A stretch of DNA of 64,000 nt from a virus. The position numbers and the translations under genes were made by a program. The stretch lies in the IMG/VR virus record IMGVR_UViG_3300042351_000809; one strand, 5' to 3'. Under the pieces are notes generated by a model, which saw only the letters and a program-made list of their open reading frames with translations, did not search any database and was not told the DNA's origin. Of this stretch, positions 1 through 12,000 are shown piece by piece; the first letter of the stretch is position 1, and each line of letters starts with the position of its first letter.

Positions 1-910
1 GCGTTGTCGTGATATTTGATCTTGCCCAAAATGAAATTGTATAGACTACTCCATTTATAAGAGTATTCCAATTAGAGCTAAAAAAATCCATAGCGCCAGC
101 CGCTGCCCTTGTTACTCTTAGAGGTATTGCGCTATAAGATGTACTTCCAGAAGAATAAATCACTGTTGAAGACTGAGTAACATAAGAATTTCCTGTTCCA
201 CTCCAAGATCCAAAAGTCCACCCATTCTGCGTTCCTCCAGAATCTGTTCCAGATATAGCAGAAGCAAAGTTTGCATTGTTCGTTATATTTGTGGTATTCT
301 CTGGTCTTGCACTTAATTCATTTGCCATAGAAGCAAATGCCTTTGCATAAGAACCAGAATTAATCATTATATCTCTTATCCAAAATGGCTCACCGGGGTA
401 TATAGCAGATGATCCACTTGTCGTTCCATTCACTACTCTTACCATTTGGATTTGAACATAATTATAACCAGTACAAGTAAAATTTTCTCTTTTAATTGTT
501 TGCCAAGTACCAGTGCCTGTTACACTTGCCGCAAATTCTTCTCCTTGTGGATAAATTCTAAATCCAAAAGTAAAAATAGAATCTTTTGGCAATAAAACTT
601 TTGCAGAGAAGCTATAAACACCGGGAGGTTGAAATCCACCATTGCCAGCTATAATACCGCAAGACGCCCAAAAACCGGGCGAAAACTGATATCCTCCTGC
701 CAATGGAACTACTTTAAGAGCAGTATATCCAGTACTTGTATCTTTTGTTATTGTTGATACCCAATAAGAAGAAGCACTTTCGCAATTAGCAGTCACTACC
801 CCAGCATAATTTGTAGCAGCTTCTCCTCTAAAGCTTTTCAAAAATTCACGGTTATAATATAACTGTAAATCTTTCTTTACTACTCCTCTGTTGCCGTGCT
901 GAATGGACAT
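1..910 (-). CDS. Partial tail-associated/carbohydrate-binding-like protein (appears to run off window edge)
   Basis: ATG at 910; hand translation MSIQHGNRGVVKKDLQLYYNREFLKSFRGEAATN... is open for the ~370 nt checked; lies downstream of tail-fibre genes; absent from the ORF track, consistent with truncation. Confidence 0.6.
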   Translation of the reverse strand, partial: MSIQHGNRGVVKKDLQLYYNREFLKSFRGEAATNYAGVVTANCESASSYWVSTITKDTSTGYTALKVVPLAGGYQFSPGFWASCGIIAGNGGFQPPGVYSFSAKVLLPKDSIFTFGFRIYPQGEEFAASVTGTGTWQTIKRENFTCTGYNYVQIQMVRVVNGTTSGSSAIYPGEPFWIRDIMINSGSYAKAFASMANELSARPENTTNITNNANFASAISGTDSGGTQNGWTFGSWSGTGNSYVTQSSTVIYSSGSTSYSAIPLRVTRAAAGAMDFFSSNWNTLINGVVYTISFWARSNITTT

Positions 911-927
911 ACTAAGTTATTATACTT

Positions 928-1203
928 TTAATTTGAAGGTAAGAATACTTTTCCTACGATTGAATTATTTGAAGCTTTAAATTTTTGAATTGTATCATTT
1001 ATTTGAGATTTTAATCTGTCAAATGCTAATTGACATATCTCTTCTTCGGATAACCCATTCGTTTCAGAAAACATTAAAACGCTTTCATAATTAACATGTT
1101 TCCCAAAAGATAAATCAGTGATTAAAAATCCTATCACAATAGAATTAGGGTTTGGCACTGGGCATAACTCGTATTTGTATATTTTGTATTCAATTTCTTG
1201 CAT
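928..1203 (-). CDS. Hypothetical protein (possible tail-fibre accessory)
   Basis: 91-aa ORF packed between tail genes on the same strand. Confidence 0.6.
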   Translation of the reverse strand: MQEIEYKIYKYELCPVPNPNSIVIGFLITDLSFGKHVNYESVLMFSETNGLSEEEICQLAFDRLKSQINDTIQKFKASNNSIVGKVFLPSN

Positions 1204-1209
1204 AAAATT

Positions 1210-4200
1210 TTATTTGAATAATGGTATGTAAACTGTATCTGCGGGACTAAGCGCCCCAGTCTGTATTGGCATCCATCCAACGAAAGTTTTACCAGCAGTA
1301 CCTCCTGCGGCTCCTGCAAGCATAGCAGATTCTACTCTCAGGACTGGATTAAGACCATCACCTTTAATATGAAGCCTTGCGGCGACGGGAGAAGCCCCAA
1401 TTCCCACATTTCCATCATAATTAAAATTAACAGTATTTATCCACGCATTTGAAGAGTTGTAAGCCCAAAGAGCTAAATTTGTACCTGCGGCATTTGGTTG
1501 AAAATTGTAAGCTCTACTATTCGCTGCGTTTGCTAAATATAATGTAGAAGAGATTGAATCAGAGCCATTTTTTAGGACTCTCGCTCCAAGGTCTGCACCT
1601 CCTACTGTTAAAGTATTTGTAACTACAAAGCTGCCATCTGTTTTAAGTTGACTTGTTGACGATCTATAAATATTAGCCGCAGAATCTGCTCCAAAAGTTA
1701 TACCACTTGCAGCCGATGTTGAACCGGCACCGCCAACACCTAAGATTGTAGCTGAATTCGACAAGCCTATTCCAACGGTTCCTGCAAAGAATCTATTTCC
1801 GGGTTGATAAACTTTTATAACTTTCCATCCAGAAATACGACAAGCCCTTGTTCCAGTTCCTGCTGTGTAATTAAATAAAGCTAGAGGAGTCCAATATTTA
1901 GTACCTGCTTTAAATTGACCAATTGTATTCGAAAATCCACCAATATATCCAGTTACTTTAATCCAGCTAGTACCGGGATTATAATTACTCATTACCCAAT
2001 AACCATAAGAACCGGGATTGCCTCCTAAGTTGCCAAAATTTTGATCTAAGTCTTGACTTCCCATGTAGTGGCCTTGAGCCGTTCCTACATTTTGTATCCA
2101 GCACTCCATGTAGAAAACATCATTAGTATCTACTGGAATATATGGGAAACCAGAACCATATGGTCCCCCAACATCAACTGAACCATTAATATAAATACAA
2201 TAACCACCGGGAGCATCAGCCACTGCCTCCCAAGTGACATTAGAATTGTTAAAATATCTTTGAAGTTCAACTTGACTCCAAGTAGGATCTATTTCAAAGA
2301 CGGTTTCTCCTGCGGCATAATGTCCAACTGGATAAAGCTCAGTATTGTCAACCCTAGTATTTGTTCTTAAAATTCCCCCTCTAACATCTAATTTTTCAAA
2401 TGGACTTGTAGTGGCTATTCCAACATTTCCATTGCTTGCATCAATACGCATTCTTTCAGTTGAGCCACTAGCATAGAATCTTAAATGAGCCGCAGTAGCG
2501 CCGTTACTATTATAATTAACATACATTCCATCCGTATTAACGGTAGATTCATTTCTAATAACTCTTATATTAGCGTATATATCATTAGCATTAGATGACG
2601 TATTTAATACTGAGACTGCTCCAAACCTTAGAATATTTGCAGAAGCAATACTCATGTCTCCACCAGAAACAACCAATCGATAAGCAGGATTTGTAATTCC
2701 AATACCTACATTGCCTAAGTTATCAATTCTTACTCTTTCTGTATGCTCAAGATCAAATGCAGAAGTATGCAATGCAATACCAACTTTTCTATTATAACCA
2801 GCACCACCAGCAACATCTTCTTCTGAAACAGCATATATAGCAGCAGTTTTTGAATTAGTATTTGGACTATCAATACTACCATTTAATTTAATACCCCATT
2901 TTGCATTATTATTTGAATTAGAAGCTGGAACAGCATTAAATGGAGCAGTTAATATTAAGAAATCATTAACCCTACCAGCATTCATGTATGCATTAGCAGA
3001 TGCAGTATCTAATTGTATTCTAGAACCTGTAGGAGTAGTTTCTACAACATGTAATTTACTTGTAGGAGTAGATATATTTATACCAAAATTTCCACCATTC
3101 TTTAATGTAACTTGTTGAGATCCAGATCCTGCTGCGCCGAGTATTACATCTCCACCATTTGTATGTAGACGAACATCATTTGTTCCAGCCGCTCTTCTTA
3201 TTCCATGAGATTGATTGCCTAAGAAAAATCCTCCTTCTACGGAATTGCTATTTACATCAGACACAACAAAGCCTCTAACATCTAATTTTTGAGAAGGCGT
3301 TGATGCTCCAATTCCTACATCTCCAGCAGTAGTGATATTAAATCTATTTGCAACACCATTAGCATGAAATGCGAAACCTCCATTGCTACTATACAAATTC
3401 ATCGAATCTGCGCCACCCCAACTTGTACTGCTTCTATTTTTAAAGAACTGAGCATTACCATTGCTAGTGGTCCAAACTATATTTGTAAATAATGTATTAT
3501 TAGTACTACCTAAAATTAATCCAAATGCAGTTTGATTATTATAAAACCTAACTGCGTCTTGATTTGTGCCATATACATCTAATTTATATTGAGGATCTGT
3601 ACTACCTATGCCAACATTACCAGCACTAGTTATGCGCATCTTTTCTGTTGGCAAAGTGTTTGTAGCATTAGTTGCAAATACCAAAGATTGACAATTATCA
3701 CCTGCGCCTCCTAAGTCTATTCTTCCTCCAATGTAAGAATAAGCATTTGAATTAGTTGTTGTGTTAGTGAACGCAAGCACAGAAGCAGTATTAAAAACAT
3801 TAGATCCAGCGGTGCTGCGCATCCTTGTAATTATATTAACTGCGGCATTTGTTCCAGCCCCAACAATATCTAATTCGTATTCAGGATTATTTGTTCCTAA
3901 TCCTATCTTATTGTTAGCCAAAACAAAATCATTCGCACCATACTGACCCATTACAATTCTGTCATCTGCGAATACTTCAAGCACAGGCAAACCTGCGCTA
4001 TTATTTACAGACATTAATGAATCAGACAAGTCATCAACAACTGAGAAAAGTATTCCATTTGTACCATCTGCTCTAAGAACAGTTTCGCCAGCTACTGAAG
4101 AAACCACATGAAGCTTGCCGCTCGGAACATTTGTTCCTATTCCAACATAACCTCCTTGATTGAATCTAATTGCTGATAACCAAGCATTTCCTGCGACATT

Positions 4201-7200
4201 TCCTACATTAATATCAATAGGATTAGTAAAAGCATTAGAGTATAGATTACTATTAAATTGAATATAATCTAAAGACCTTATGCGCCCAGCCGCTAAAAAT
4301 CCACCATCTGTTCTAATAGAAGCACTTGAATCTCTATAAAGATTTGCAGAAGCATCTCCACCAAATGTTAGACCACTCGCAGCAGTTGTAGAACCAGCGT
4401 TACCAACAGACAATAAAGTAGTGGGTGTATTAGTTCCTATACCAACTAAACCAGCAGCAGTAATACGAATTCTTTCAGCGCCATTAGTTCCAATAGGCAT
4501 GACGTTTGCTGCATTTAGCACCAAATTACCACCCATTCTTATTTGAGTGTTTGCGCTTGGGCCTTGGATCGTACTCTCGTCTTGAGACAAGAGAATCGCA
4601 GCTACACCAGCAGCGTTACTTTGTACAATTTGTAATCTAGCTGTAGGATTAGTAATTCCTACACCTACATAACCCACAGCATCAATAACCATCCTTGTTA
4701 CTCCGCTTGTGCCAAGTGAAAGAGGCTGACCGAGTATTGTTTGTAATTTAACTTGATAGTTGGTTCCATCTCTTACAGTAGAAAACTCTCCTAAAGCAGT
4801 TCCCAATTCGCTCAATCTAAAACTTACTTTATTAGCAGCAGAAACTCCATTGCTTGCGATATTCGCTAGTATATTTTCGCCGCTATTTAAGTTAACTTGC
4901 AGTTTGTCTCCGGGATTACTTGTACCAATACCTACGTTTCTGGTGCTATTGATTACCATTGCTGGAGAAGCGGTAGGAATTCCAACGTCAATACCCGCTA
5001 CATTATTACTAGTAGCTGTCCAAAACCACAACTCTCCTCCATGCCAGTTAGCGTCAACTACTTGAGAACGTCTTCTACCGGCAATTACAGCAGTAGCTTG
5101 AGAGTAGTTTGATGAATTTGACTTGCTTCCAAATACTAATGCAGGAGAAAATGTATCATTTGTATTTGAATCATTGTGAAGAATGATTCCAAGTTGTTTT
5201 GGCTGAGTAGTAGCGGTATTATCAGAGTAGCTTACAACCAATGCTCTGGTCATAGAGTTACCTTGCAATTCTCCGGGATTAAAATTTAAATATCTAGCAT
5301 TTGGAATTGTTACATCTCCATTAACATGGAGCGCAAATTTAGGAGCAGTATTTGAAATACCAATATTAGCACCTGAACCTACATATAAATCAATACCTCC
5401 TATTGGATTCGTAAAGGAAATATTATTGGTTCCAATTCTCATCGCTGGACCATTATGTGTTCCAACTAGCCAAGTACTTCCTAATGAATTAAATAAAGCA
5501 GAACCTCCTAATACAGAAGCATTATTCCATCCTCCCGCAGTTGTATATGGCACATAGCTTAAACTATTTGCAGCATCACCTGCCATTAGTGATTTATTAT
5601 TATTTGCTGTTGCTCCTCCATATACTTGCAATGTCGCACCGGGATTATTTGTGCCTATGCCAACGTTTCCTATATTATTAATCCTTAATCTTTCAACACC
5701 GCTGGTATAAAATCTTGTATTACCATGTGTAAAACTAGCATTGTTTTTTGTTAATTGTCCTATTTCTAGAGACCCACCAGCTACACCAACAGTACCGGGA
5801 GTATAAGCTATTCCTACTTGACTATCCCAATCCCAATCTTTACTTATTAATATTGTGCTTGTGGCATTATTTCCCATCATCCACAAATTACCATCATTGT
5901 ATCCTAATAAATCAAACCCATTGTATCTTACGCGTTCATTTCCTTGCGTTAATTTAGCAACTACAGCATTAGATGTTCCAGCAGCTATTTCAAGTTTATA
6001 ACTAGGATTTGTTAATCCAATACCAACATTTCCACCGCTTGCAATATAAACAGTATTACCTCCTATATTATCAGTAAACTGAATACCATTTGCTCTACCA
6101 TATAATTGACCAGCAAAAGTATTAGTTCCACCATTAAACAAGGCAAATCCATAACCATTAGCAGGTCCAATTTGCCCAACTCCAGTAACTCTTAAAGCTC
6201 CAGCTACTTCTAATTTTACAACTGGACCTGTAGTGCCAATACCCACATTTCCATTTTCATTTGTATATATTTGTTTTGTATTTGCGGAAGTTGCAATTTG
6301 ATAAGTATAAGGCTGACTCCACGAACTTGATGATAAAACAAACTCATTAGGTGATGGACCGTTTACTGTTACAACAATATTATTAGCGTAACCAGTACCA
6401 TAACCACCATTTATAGCGCCATTAGTTTTTAAAACTAAAGATGGCGTTCCATATTGACTAGTGCTAGAATTAGATAATGCTAAAAGAGTAACGTCATCAT
6501 TACTGCAATTATAAGTGGCGCATTCTAAAAGTTTTACATTAATCCATGTTTCATTTGGTCGATAAGAAAGATGGCAACTAGCCAAAAATGTTCCTGCCCA
6601 AACGAGGTTTCCACCATTTACTGAAACTTGTATCAACTGACTAGAATAAGAAGCATTTCCTAATACTACTGTATATTGACCCCAGTTAGCATTAGTTGAT
6701 TTAGAAAGAGAAGAATAATAAGCAGAATTAGAATTATAAATTAATCCTGCGACGTTAAGAGATCCATCTGTTTTAATGGTATCTTCGGCAGCGCGATAAA
6801 GGTTTGCTTGAGGATCTGCTCCGAAAGTTATTCCACTTGCTGCGGTTGTTGAACCTGCGCCACCAACTCCAATAAGACTATCAGGACTTAACAATCCTAC
6901 TCCTAAGCGACCAGCGGCAGTAAGGATCATTTTAAATGTTTGATTTGGTCTAAAGAACAAATCATTATTACCAATTGTATCAATAAATCCTTGACCATCC
7001 CATCTGATTATTTCTCCACCAGAAATTCTAATACTTCCAGCAACATGGAGTCTATCAGAAGGATTTCTTATTCCTATACCAATGTTCCCACCAAGGGGAT
7101 TTAATAATAATGGCCTTGCAGTGCTGCTAAGAGTTCTTACTTGTTGCCATATACCATAAGGAGAAGTATCATCTGATCCAAATGCTATCTGACCATTTTC

Positions 7201-9030
7201 ACTACGAATAATTGCAGCAGCGGGTTTATTCCAAGTTAAAGAAGGAGGATATAAAACAGTATCTAAGACATGAAGCCTTCCGCTTGGATCATTAGTATTT
7301 ATTCCTAATCTTGCTTGGTCAGTTAAAATCATTAATGTCGCAGAATCAGCAGCATTTTGCCAAAATATTGATCCACTAACATTAGTATTATAGAAAAAAG
7401 TATTGGCTGAAGCGGTTGCAAACCAAGGCTTGAGGACTCCACCGGGAGTTCTAGTATAAGCACCATAAGAGTTATTTATACCAGCAATTATTGCACCATT
7501 TACATCTAATTTTTGAGAAGGAGTCGTTACTCCCATTCCAATATTACCATTGCTAATAATAGACATAGCAACTGTGCTATTATTAACAAGAAAATGCATA
7601 GGATCTGATGTGACCTGTCTAACATAAGCACCAGAACCAGCAAGAGAAGAACCTTCGTAATATCCTAAAAGCAAACCATAACCACCATTTCTATTCGCAG
7701 CAAACCATTTTTCTGTTCCCGGTCCAGTTGAACTTATTTGTATAGGTACATTACCATCAGACAATGATCCATTGCCTACAGAAAGGAGAGCTAATGGATT
7801 CGTTGTCCCTATTCCAATTTTACCATCATATTGAAAGTATGCAATTGTAGCTGCATCAGAAGAATTTTTTATTGATAAAGCAGACAAAGTGGCATCATGC
7901 ATTCCAAAACTCATGTTATATGATGAACCTCTATTGAATCTAATTCTAGATGCAGAGCTATATAAATCCAATAGTGCAGCAGGATTTGTTGTTCCTATTC
8001 CTATATTTCCATCAGAACCAATTACCATTTGCGGTGAAGCTTCAGGAGTTCCACCGCCATCAACTTTAGTATAAAAATATAATTTACCACCAGCAATTGT
8101 GCCATTAGTTCCACCTTGAATAGCCTTAATAGCAGCTATTTGTAAATGTGCATCTGTTTGTCCTCTTGCTCTTGTAAAATAAATGCCACCTACTCCAGAG
8201 CCGTCTCCTGAATTATTTGAGATTAGATTTATATCTGCTTCATTTGTTTCAGAATATAAGTCTAAAAATTTAGCACTAGGATTTGGTCTAAAATAAGTAG
8301 CATTGCTATTTATTAAAGATCCCGGATTACTTATTCCAATGCCAAGATCACCAGCAGCATCAATTCTGACTAACTCTGTATTGAATCGTGTAAATATATG
8401 TGCAGCAGAAGCTGCGGCAGTATTACCTGCATCTACCCTGTAAGTCATTACAGAGTTATTGTTTGATATACTATTAGTATATAATGCGTCATCTATAATT
8501 GTTATCGTAGTCGCGGCAGATCCAGAGACGAGCATGGAACCAGAGACATGCAGTTTAGATGCGGGATTTGTTACTCCTAGACCCACATCACCAGCAGCAG
8601 TTATACGCGCAACTTCAACAGGACTTGTAGCATTAGTTAAAAACCTAATTCCATCGCGTGATTGAGAAGCTATTTCTAAACCCAAATAAGCTGTGGCACT
8701 CGTCCTCGCAAGACGTATGTAAGCGGAAGCATTAGCAGTGCTATTATTTAATTGAAAATTATAACCGCAATAACCCACATTTGAAGTCGCATCTCCAGAT
8801 ACGTTGTATCCAAAAGCATTTGTATTTGTGCTAATCGTCCCTAAATTTAAATCAAATGGATAATTTGGACCAGTAGTCCCTACGCCAAAATAACCCGCAG
8901 GAGTAATGTAAAGTCTATTAGCATTATTTGTCTTCAATGACATTGCTTGGCTATCAGATGTCCTGATAACTAGCGTTCCTGCTGTTGAATTTACATCGTT
9001 TGACGCTGGTGTAATTACGATATCGCCCAT
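1210..9030 (-). CDS. Giant tail fibre / receptor-binding protein (2606 aa)
   Basis: Dozens of GNVGIGTTNP-x-KL(D/H)V beta-repeat units typical of phage tail fibres; G/N/S/T-rich. Confidence 0.85.
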   Translation of the reverse strand: MGDIVITPASNDVNSTAGTLVIRTSDSQAMSLKTNNANRLYITPAGYFGVGTTGPNYPFDLNLGTISTNTNAFGYNVSGDATSNVGYCGYNFQLNNSTANASAYIRLARTSATAYLGLEIASQSRDGIRFLTNATSPVEVARITAAGDVGLGVTNPASKLHVSGSMLVSGSAATTITIIDDALYTNSISNNNSVMTYRVDAGNTAAASAAHIFTRFNTELVRIDAAGDLGIGISNPGSLINSNATYFRPNPSAKFLDLYSETNEADINLISNNSGDGSGVGGIYFTRARGQTDAHLQIAAIKAIQGGTNGTIAGGKLYFYTKVDGGGTPEASPQMVIGSDGNIGIGTTNPAALLDLYSSASRIRFNRGSSYNMSFGMHDATLSALSIKNSSDAATIAYFQYDGKIGIGTTNPLALLSVGNGSLSDGNVPIQISSTGPGTEKWFAANRNGGYGLLLGYYEGSSLAGSGAYVRQVTSDPMHFLVNNSTVAMSIISNGNIGMGVTTPSQKLDVNGAIIAGINNSYGAYTRTPGGVLKPWFATASANTFFYNTNVSGSIFWQNAADSATLMILTDQARLGINTNDPSGRLHVLDTVLYPPSLTWNKPAAAIIRSENGQIAFGSDDTSPYGIWQQVRTLSSTARPLLLNPLGGNIGIGIRNPSDRLHVAGSIRISGGEIIRWDGQGFIDTIGNNDLFFRPNQTFKMILTAAGRLGVGLLSPDSLIGVGGAGSTTAASGITFGADPQANLYRAAEDTIKTDGSLNVAGLIYNSNSAYYSSLSKSTNANWGQYTVVLGNASYSSQLIQVSVNGGNLVWAGTFLASCHLSYRPNETWINVKLLECATYNCSNDDVTLLALSNSSTSQYGTPSLVLKTNGAINGGYGTGYANNIVVTVNGPSPNEFVLSSSSWSQPYTYQIATSANTKQIYTNENGNVGIGTTGPVVKLEVAGALRVTGVGQIGPANGYGFALFNGGTNTFAGQLYGRANGIQFTDNIGGNTVYIASGGNVGIGLTNPSYKLEIAAGTSNAVVAKLTQGNERVRYNGFDLLGYNDGNLWMMGNNATSTILISKDWDWDSQVGIAYTPGTVGVAGGSLEIGQLTKNNASFTHGNTRFYTSGVERLRINNIGNVGIGTNNPGATLQVYGGATANNNKSLMAGDAANSLSYVPYTTAGGWNNASVLGGSALFNSLGSTWLVGTHNGPAMRIGTNNISFTNPIGGIDLYVGSGANIGISNTAPKFALHVNGDVTIPNARYLNFNPGELQGNSMTRALVVSYSDNTATTQPKQLGIILHNDSNTNDTFSPALVFGSKSNSSNYSQATAVIAGRRRSQVVDANWHGGELWFWTATSNNVAGIDVGIPTASPAMVINSTRNVGIGTSNPGDKLQVNLNSGENILANIASNGVSAANKVSFRLSELGTALGEFSTVRDGTNYQVKLQTILGQPLSLGTSGVTRMVIDAVGYVGVGITNPTARLQIVQSNAAGVAAILLSQDESTIQGPSANTQIRMGGNLVLNAANVMPIGTNGAERIRITAAGLVGIGTNTPTTLLSVGNAGSTTAASGLTFGGDASANLYRDSSASIRTDGGFLAAGRIRSLDYIQFNSNLYSNAFTNPIDINVGNVAGNAWLSAIRFNQGGYVGIGTNVPSGKLHVVSSVAGETVLRADGTNGILFSVVDDLSDSLMSVNNSAGLPVLEVFADDRIVMGQYGANDFVLANNKIGLGTNNPEYELDIVGAGTNAAVNIITRMRSTAGSNVFNTASVLAFTNTTTNSNAYSYIGGRIDLGGAGDNCQSLVFATNATNTLPTEKMRITSAGNVGIGSTDPQYKLDVYGTNQDAVRFYNNQTAFGLILGSTNNTLFTNIVWTTSNGNAQFFKNRSSTSWGGADSMNLYSSNGGFAFHANGVANRFNITTAGDVGIGASTPSQKLDVRGFVVSDVNSNSVEGGFFLGNQSHGIRRAAGTNDVRLHTNGGDVILGAAGSGSQQVTLKNGGNFGINISTPTSKLHVVETTPTGSRIQLDTASANAYMNAGRVNDFLILTAPFNAVPASNSNNNAKWGIKLNGSIDSPNTNSKTAAIYAVSEEDVAGGAGYNRKVGIALHTSAFDLEHTERVRIDNLGNVGIGITNPAYRLVVSGGDMSIASANILRFGAVSVLNTSSNANDIYANIRVIRNESTVNTDGMYVNYNSNGATAAHLRFYASGSTERMRIDASNGNVGIATTSPFEKLDVRGGILRTNTRVDNTELYPVGHYAAGETVFEIDPTWSQVELQRYFNNSNVTWEAVADAPGGYCIYINGSVDVGGPYGSGFPYIPVDTNDVFYMECWIQNVGTAQGHYMGSQDLDQNFGNLGGNPGSYGYWVMSNYNPGTSWIKVTGYIGGFSNTIGQFKAGTKYWTPLALFNYTAGTGTRACRISGWKVIKVYQPGNRFFAGTVGIGLSNSATILGVGGAGSTSAASGITFGADSAANIYRSSTSQLKTDGSFVVTNTLTVGGADLGARVLKNGSDSISSTLYLANAANSRAYNFQPNAAGTNLALWAYNSSNAWINTVNFNYDGNVGIGASPVAARLHIKGDGLNPVLRVESAMLAGAAGGTAGKTFVGWMPIQTGALSPADTVYIPLFK

Positions 9031-9034
9031 ATTT

Positions 9035-12000
9035 TTATTCCATATCCCTTTCGATTACAAGTTTAGAAACATCCTTACGTTCTGCAAAAATTGTATAGTA
9101 ATAATTATATATATTATCATCACTATCTGTATAAATGTACACTTTGTTGTGCCCTATTTGATCTACACTATAGTTTCTTATTTTCCCGTCTTTACGCTTT
9201 CCTACTGCTGTTAAATTAACAGTAATAGAATCATCATGAACCAAACCTGACCAATAATGAGGTAGATCTATTTCATTGTTATTGTTTTGACCTCTGTAAT
9301 AAACGCCATTTTCTGGACCTTCTAGAGAGGCATAGGTTAGTCTCTTGCCAGAAACCGTTGGGTGAACTATATCGAAGCTCTTTGTTGTAGCAGCGAAGCT
9401 GCCATTAACTTGTAATTTATAAGAAGTACTTGTAATGCCTATTCCAATTGTTCCATTGGAGGCTATTCTCATTGCTTCTGTGTTTCCGACTCCAACCCCA
9501 AAAGCCATTCCATAAAGCGAGCCGCTTGGGTTAAATTCAATGTAAGCTTGATTTGTTACATCTGTACGCTTTTGAATCTTCGTGCTGGCAGTTGTCCAGT
9601 CTCCTCCTGTTGCAAAACGTGTTTCTACAAAATTAATTTGTGAAACGTTTCCATTATTGACAGCATAAGTAAATCCAGTAATAGTAGATCCAGCAGGAAT
9701 GCCGGGTAATAATCCTGCATTTATATTTAAGGTAGTAACAGTAACAGTATTAGTACTGAAATTACCATTGACTACTAAACTGCCATCTGTCTTTAATGTG
9801 TCTGTTGCGCTTCTATAAAGATTAGCTTCACTATCTCCGCCAAATCTTATTCCTTCTGTATTTGATGTAGCCCCTGCTGAACTTACATCTAACAGTCCAG
9901 AAATATAAGCGGTTCCAATTACTACTAATTTTTTATCAGGATTAGTCGTACCTATACCGACATTTCCATTTGCTGCGATGTAGAGACTTTCATTAGAAGT
10001 GTTTGTTCTAAGATACATGGCAGCGTTTGCTGCTAGTATTAGATTTCCATTACTAGTTGATTTTGTTAATATTGAAAATGAACCACCCGTTCTACCGCCA
10101 ACTATTTGAGCAGATCCAATCGTACCAATTTGGACCTCATCTCCATTAGAGCCAGTAACATGAAGTTTAGCAGAAGGATTAGTTAATCCAATTCCTACAT
10201 TTCCATTTGGGAAAACTGCTCTATTATTTGCTCCGCCTCCATCAGCATAAATTCCAAAAAACTCTGTAGCACTTGCACTATTATTAGCTACTGCAATTGT
10301 AAATGGATGAGTCGCATCATATATAGAAGAAATGTTTGCGAAGTAAGCTCCGGGACCACTTGCAGTTTGGAGCCTTAATTGAGTTCCATTTGAATGGATT
10401 GTTAAAACTCCAGTTGGAGCGATAGTGCCAATACCAACATTACCATCATTAGCTATTCTTACTTTTTCAGATGATGCAATTGAAAATGTAATCGCTGGAG
10501 ATACTGCCCCTGCATAATCTGTATTTAATCCTACAGTATTACTGCTTTCATTAGCATATATAGCTAATGCTGGATTAATTGTAGCTCCAATTCTTCTAAA
10601 ATATCCAATAGTACCATCAGATGTTTTTTGTACATCTAATTTATAACTTGGAGCCGTTGTTCCAATACCAACATTACCACCATTTGGATTTAATAGTAAT
10701 GGATAACCTAAAGATAAATCTACACGACTTGTAGATTGTAACCAATTTCCATTTCCGCCGTTGCCGCCAATATCTAATACTAAATTGGAATCACTATTTC
10801 TTAGTCTTAAGTTGACTCCTGTTGCAGTTGTACCTGCTGCGATTGGGAAGCTTCCAATTGGTCCTACAACGTCTAGTGCAACGACTGGTGAAGTAGTTCC
10901 AATTCCTATACCATTAGAGTTTAATGAAATAGTTCCTTTAGTTACAAATCCATAAGTAAGGTCTAATCTATTACCAGCATAATAAATTAATCTAGCATTA
11001 GAATCTCCTCCAACAGAATTTGTAAAGTCAATATAAGCTCCATTTGCTCCTAGTAATTGTAATTGAGCATAAGCGTCTGCGTAATTAAAGCCCATTGAAC
11101 CTACTTTATTTAATCCATATCTGCTTCCAGAAGAAGAATTATCTGAAACTACAAAAGGCCAGTTAGTATCAGAAGTTGAAGCATTTATTCCTAGTGAACC
11201 ATTTACATCTAGTTTAAATGAAGGATTAGTGTTGCCAATTCCAACTTTATTATTAACAAGAACAAAATCGCCGCTTCCATATTGCCCTGCGACAACTCTA
11301 TCGTCAGCGAATACTTCAAAAACTGGAAGACCAGCAGAATTATTAACCGACATCAAAGAGTCACTTAAATCATCAGTGACTGAGAAAAGAGTACCATTAG
11401 TTCCATCTGCTCTTAAAACGGTTTCTCCAGCGACAGAAGAAACTACATGAAGCTTTCCGGTTGGTTGTGTTGTACCTATTCCTACATAAGAGCCTCTTCC
11501 AATGTACAGAGCGGTTTCCCAAGCATTTTGAGCTACATTCCCAACAAATACACTCAAAGTTCCATAAGGTGCCCCTCCATAAATTTCACCAAGAGCAGTT
11601 TGTAAATACGAAGCAGCATATATATAAGAAGAAGACGACAAAGAAGCAGCAGTAAAAGCGGCATCTGTTTTAAGAAGATCTTCAGAAGCGCGATATAAAT
11701 TTACTTGAGCATCGCCTCCAAAAGTTAACCCACTTGCTGCTGATGTTGAACCGACACCACCAACTGATAAAAGAGTTGTTGGAATATTCGTACCTATTCC
11801 TAATTTACCATCAGATGTAATTCTTACTCTTTCTGTTTGTTGAGTATGAAATGTTGTATGATTCCAACTGCTTAAAATCATTCCGTCAATTACAGAATCA
11901 TATTTTAGATACTGAGAAGAAATATCATTAGCCCAACTAATAGCAGATCCACTTCCAGCAGCCATATAAATACTGCCGCTGACATTTAATTTTAATGGAG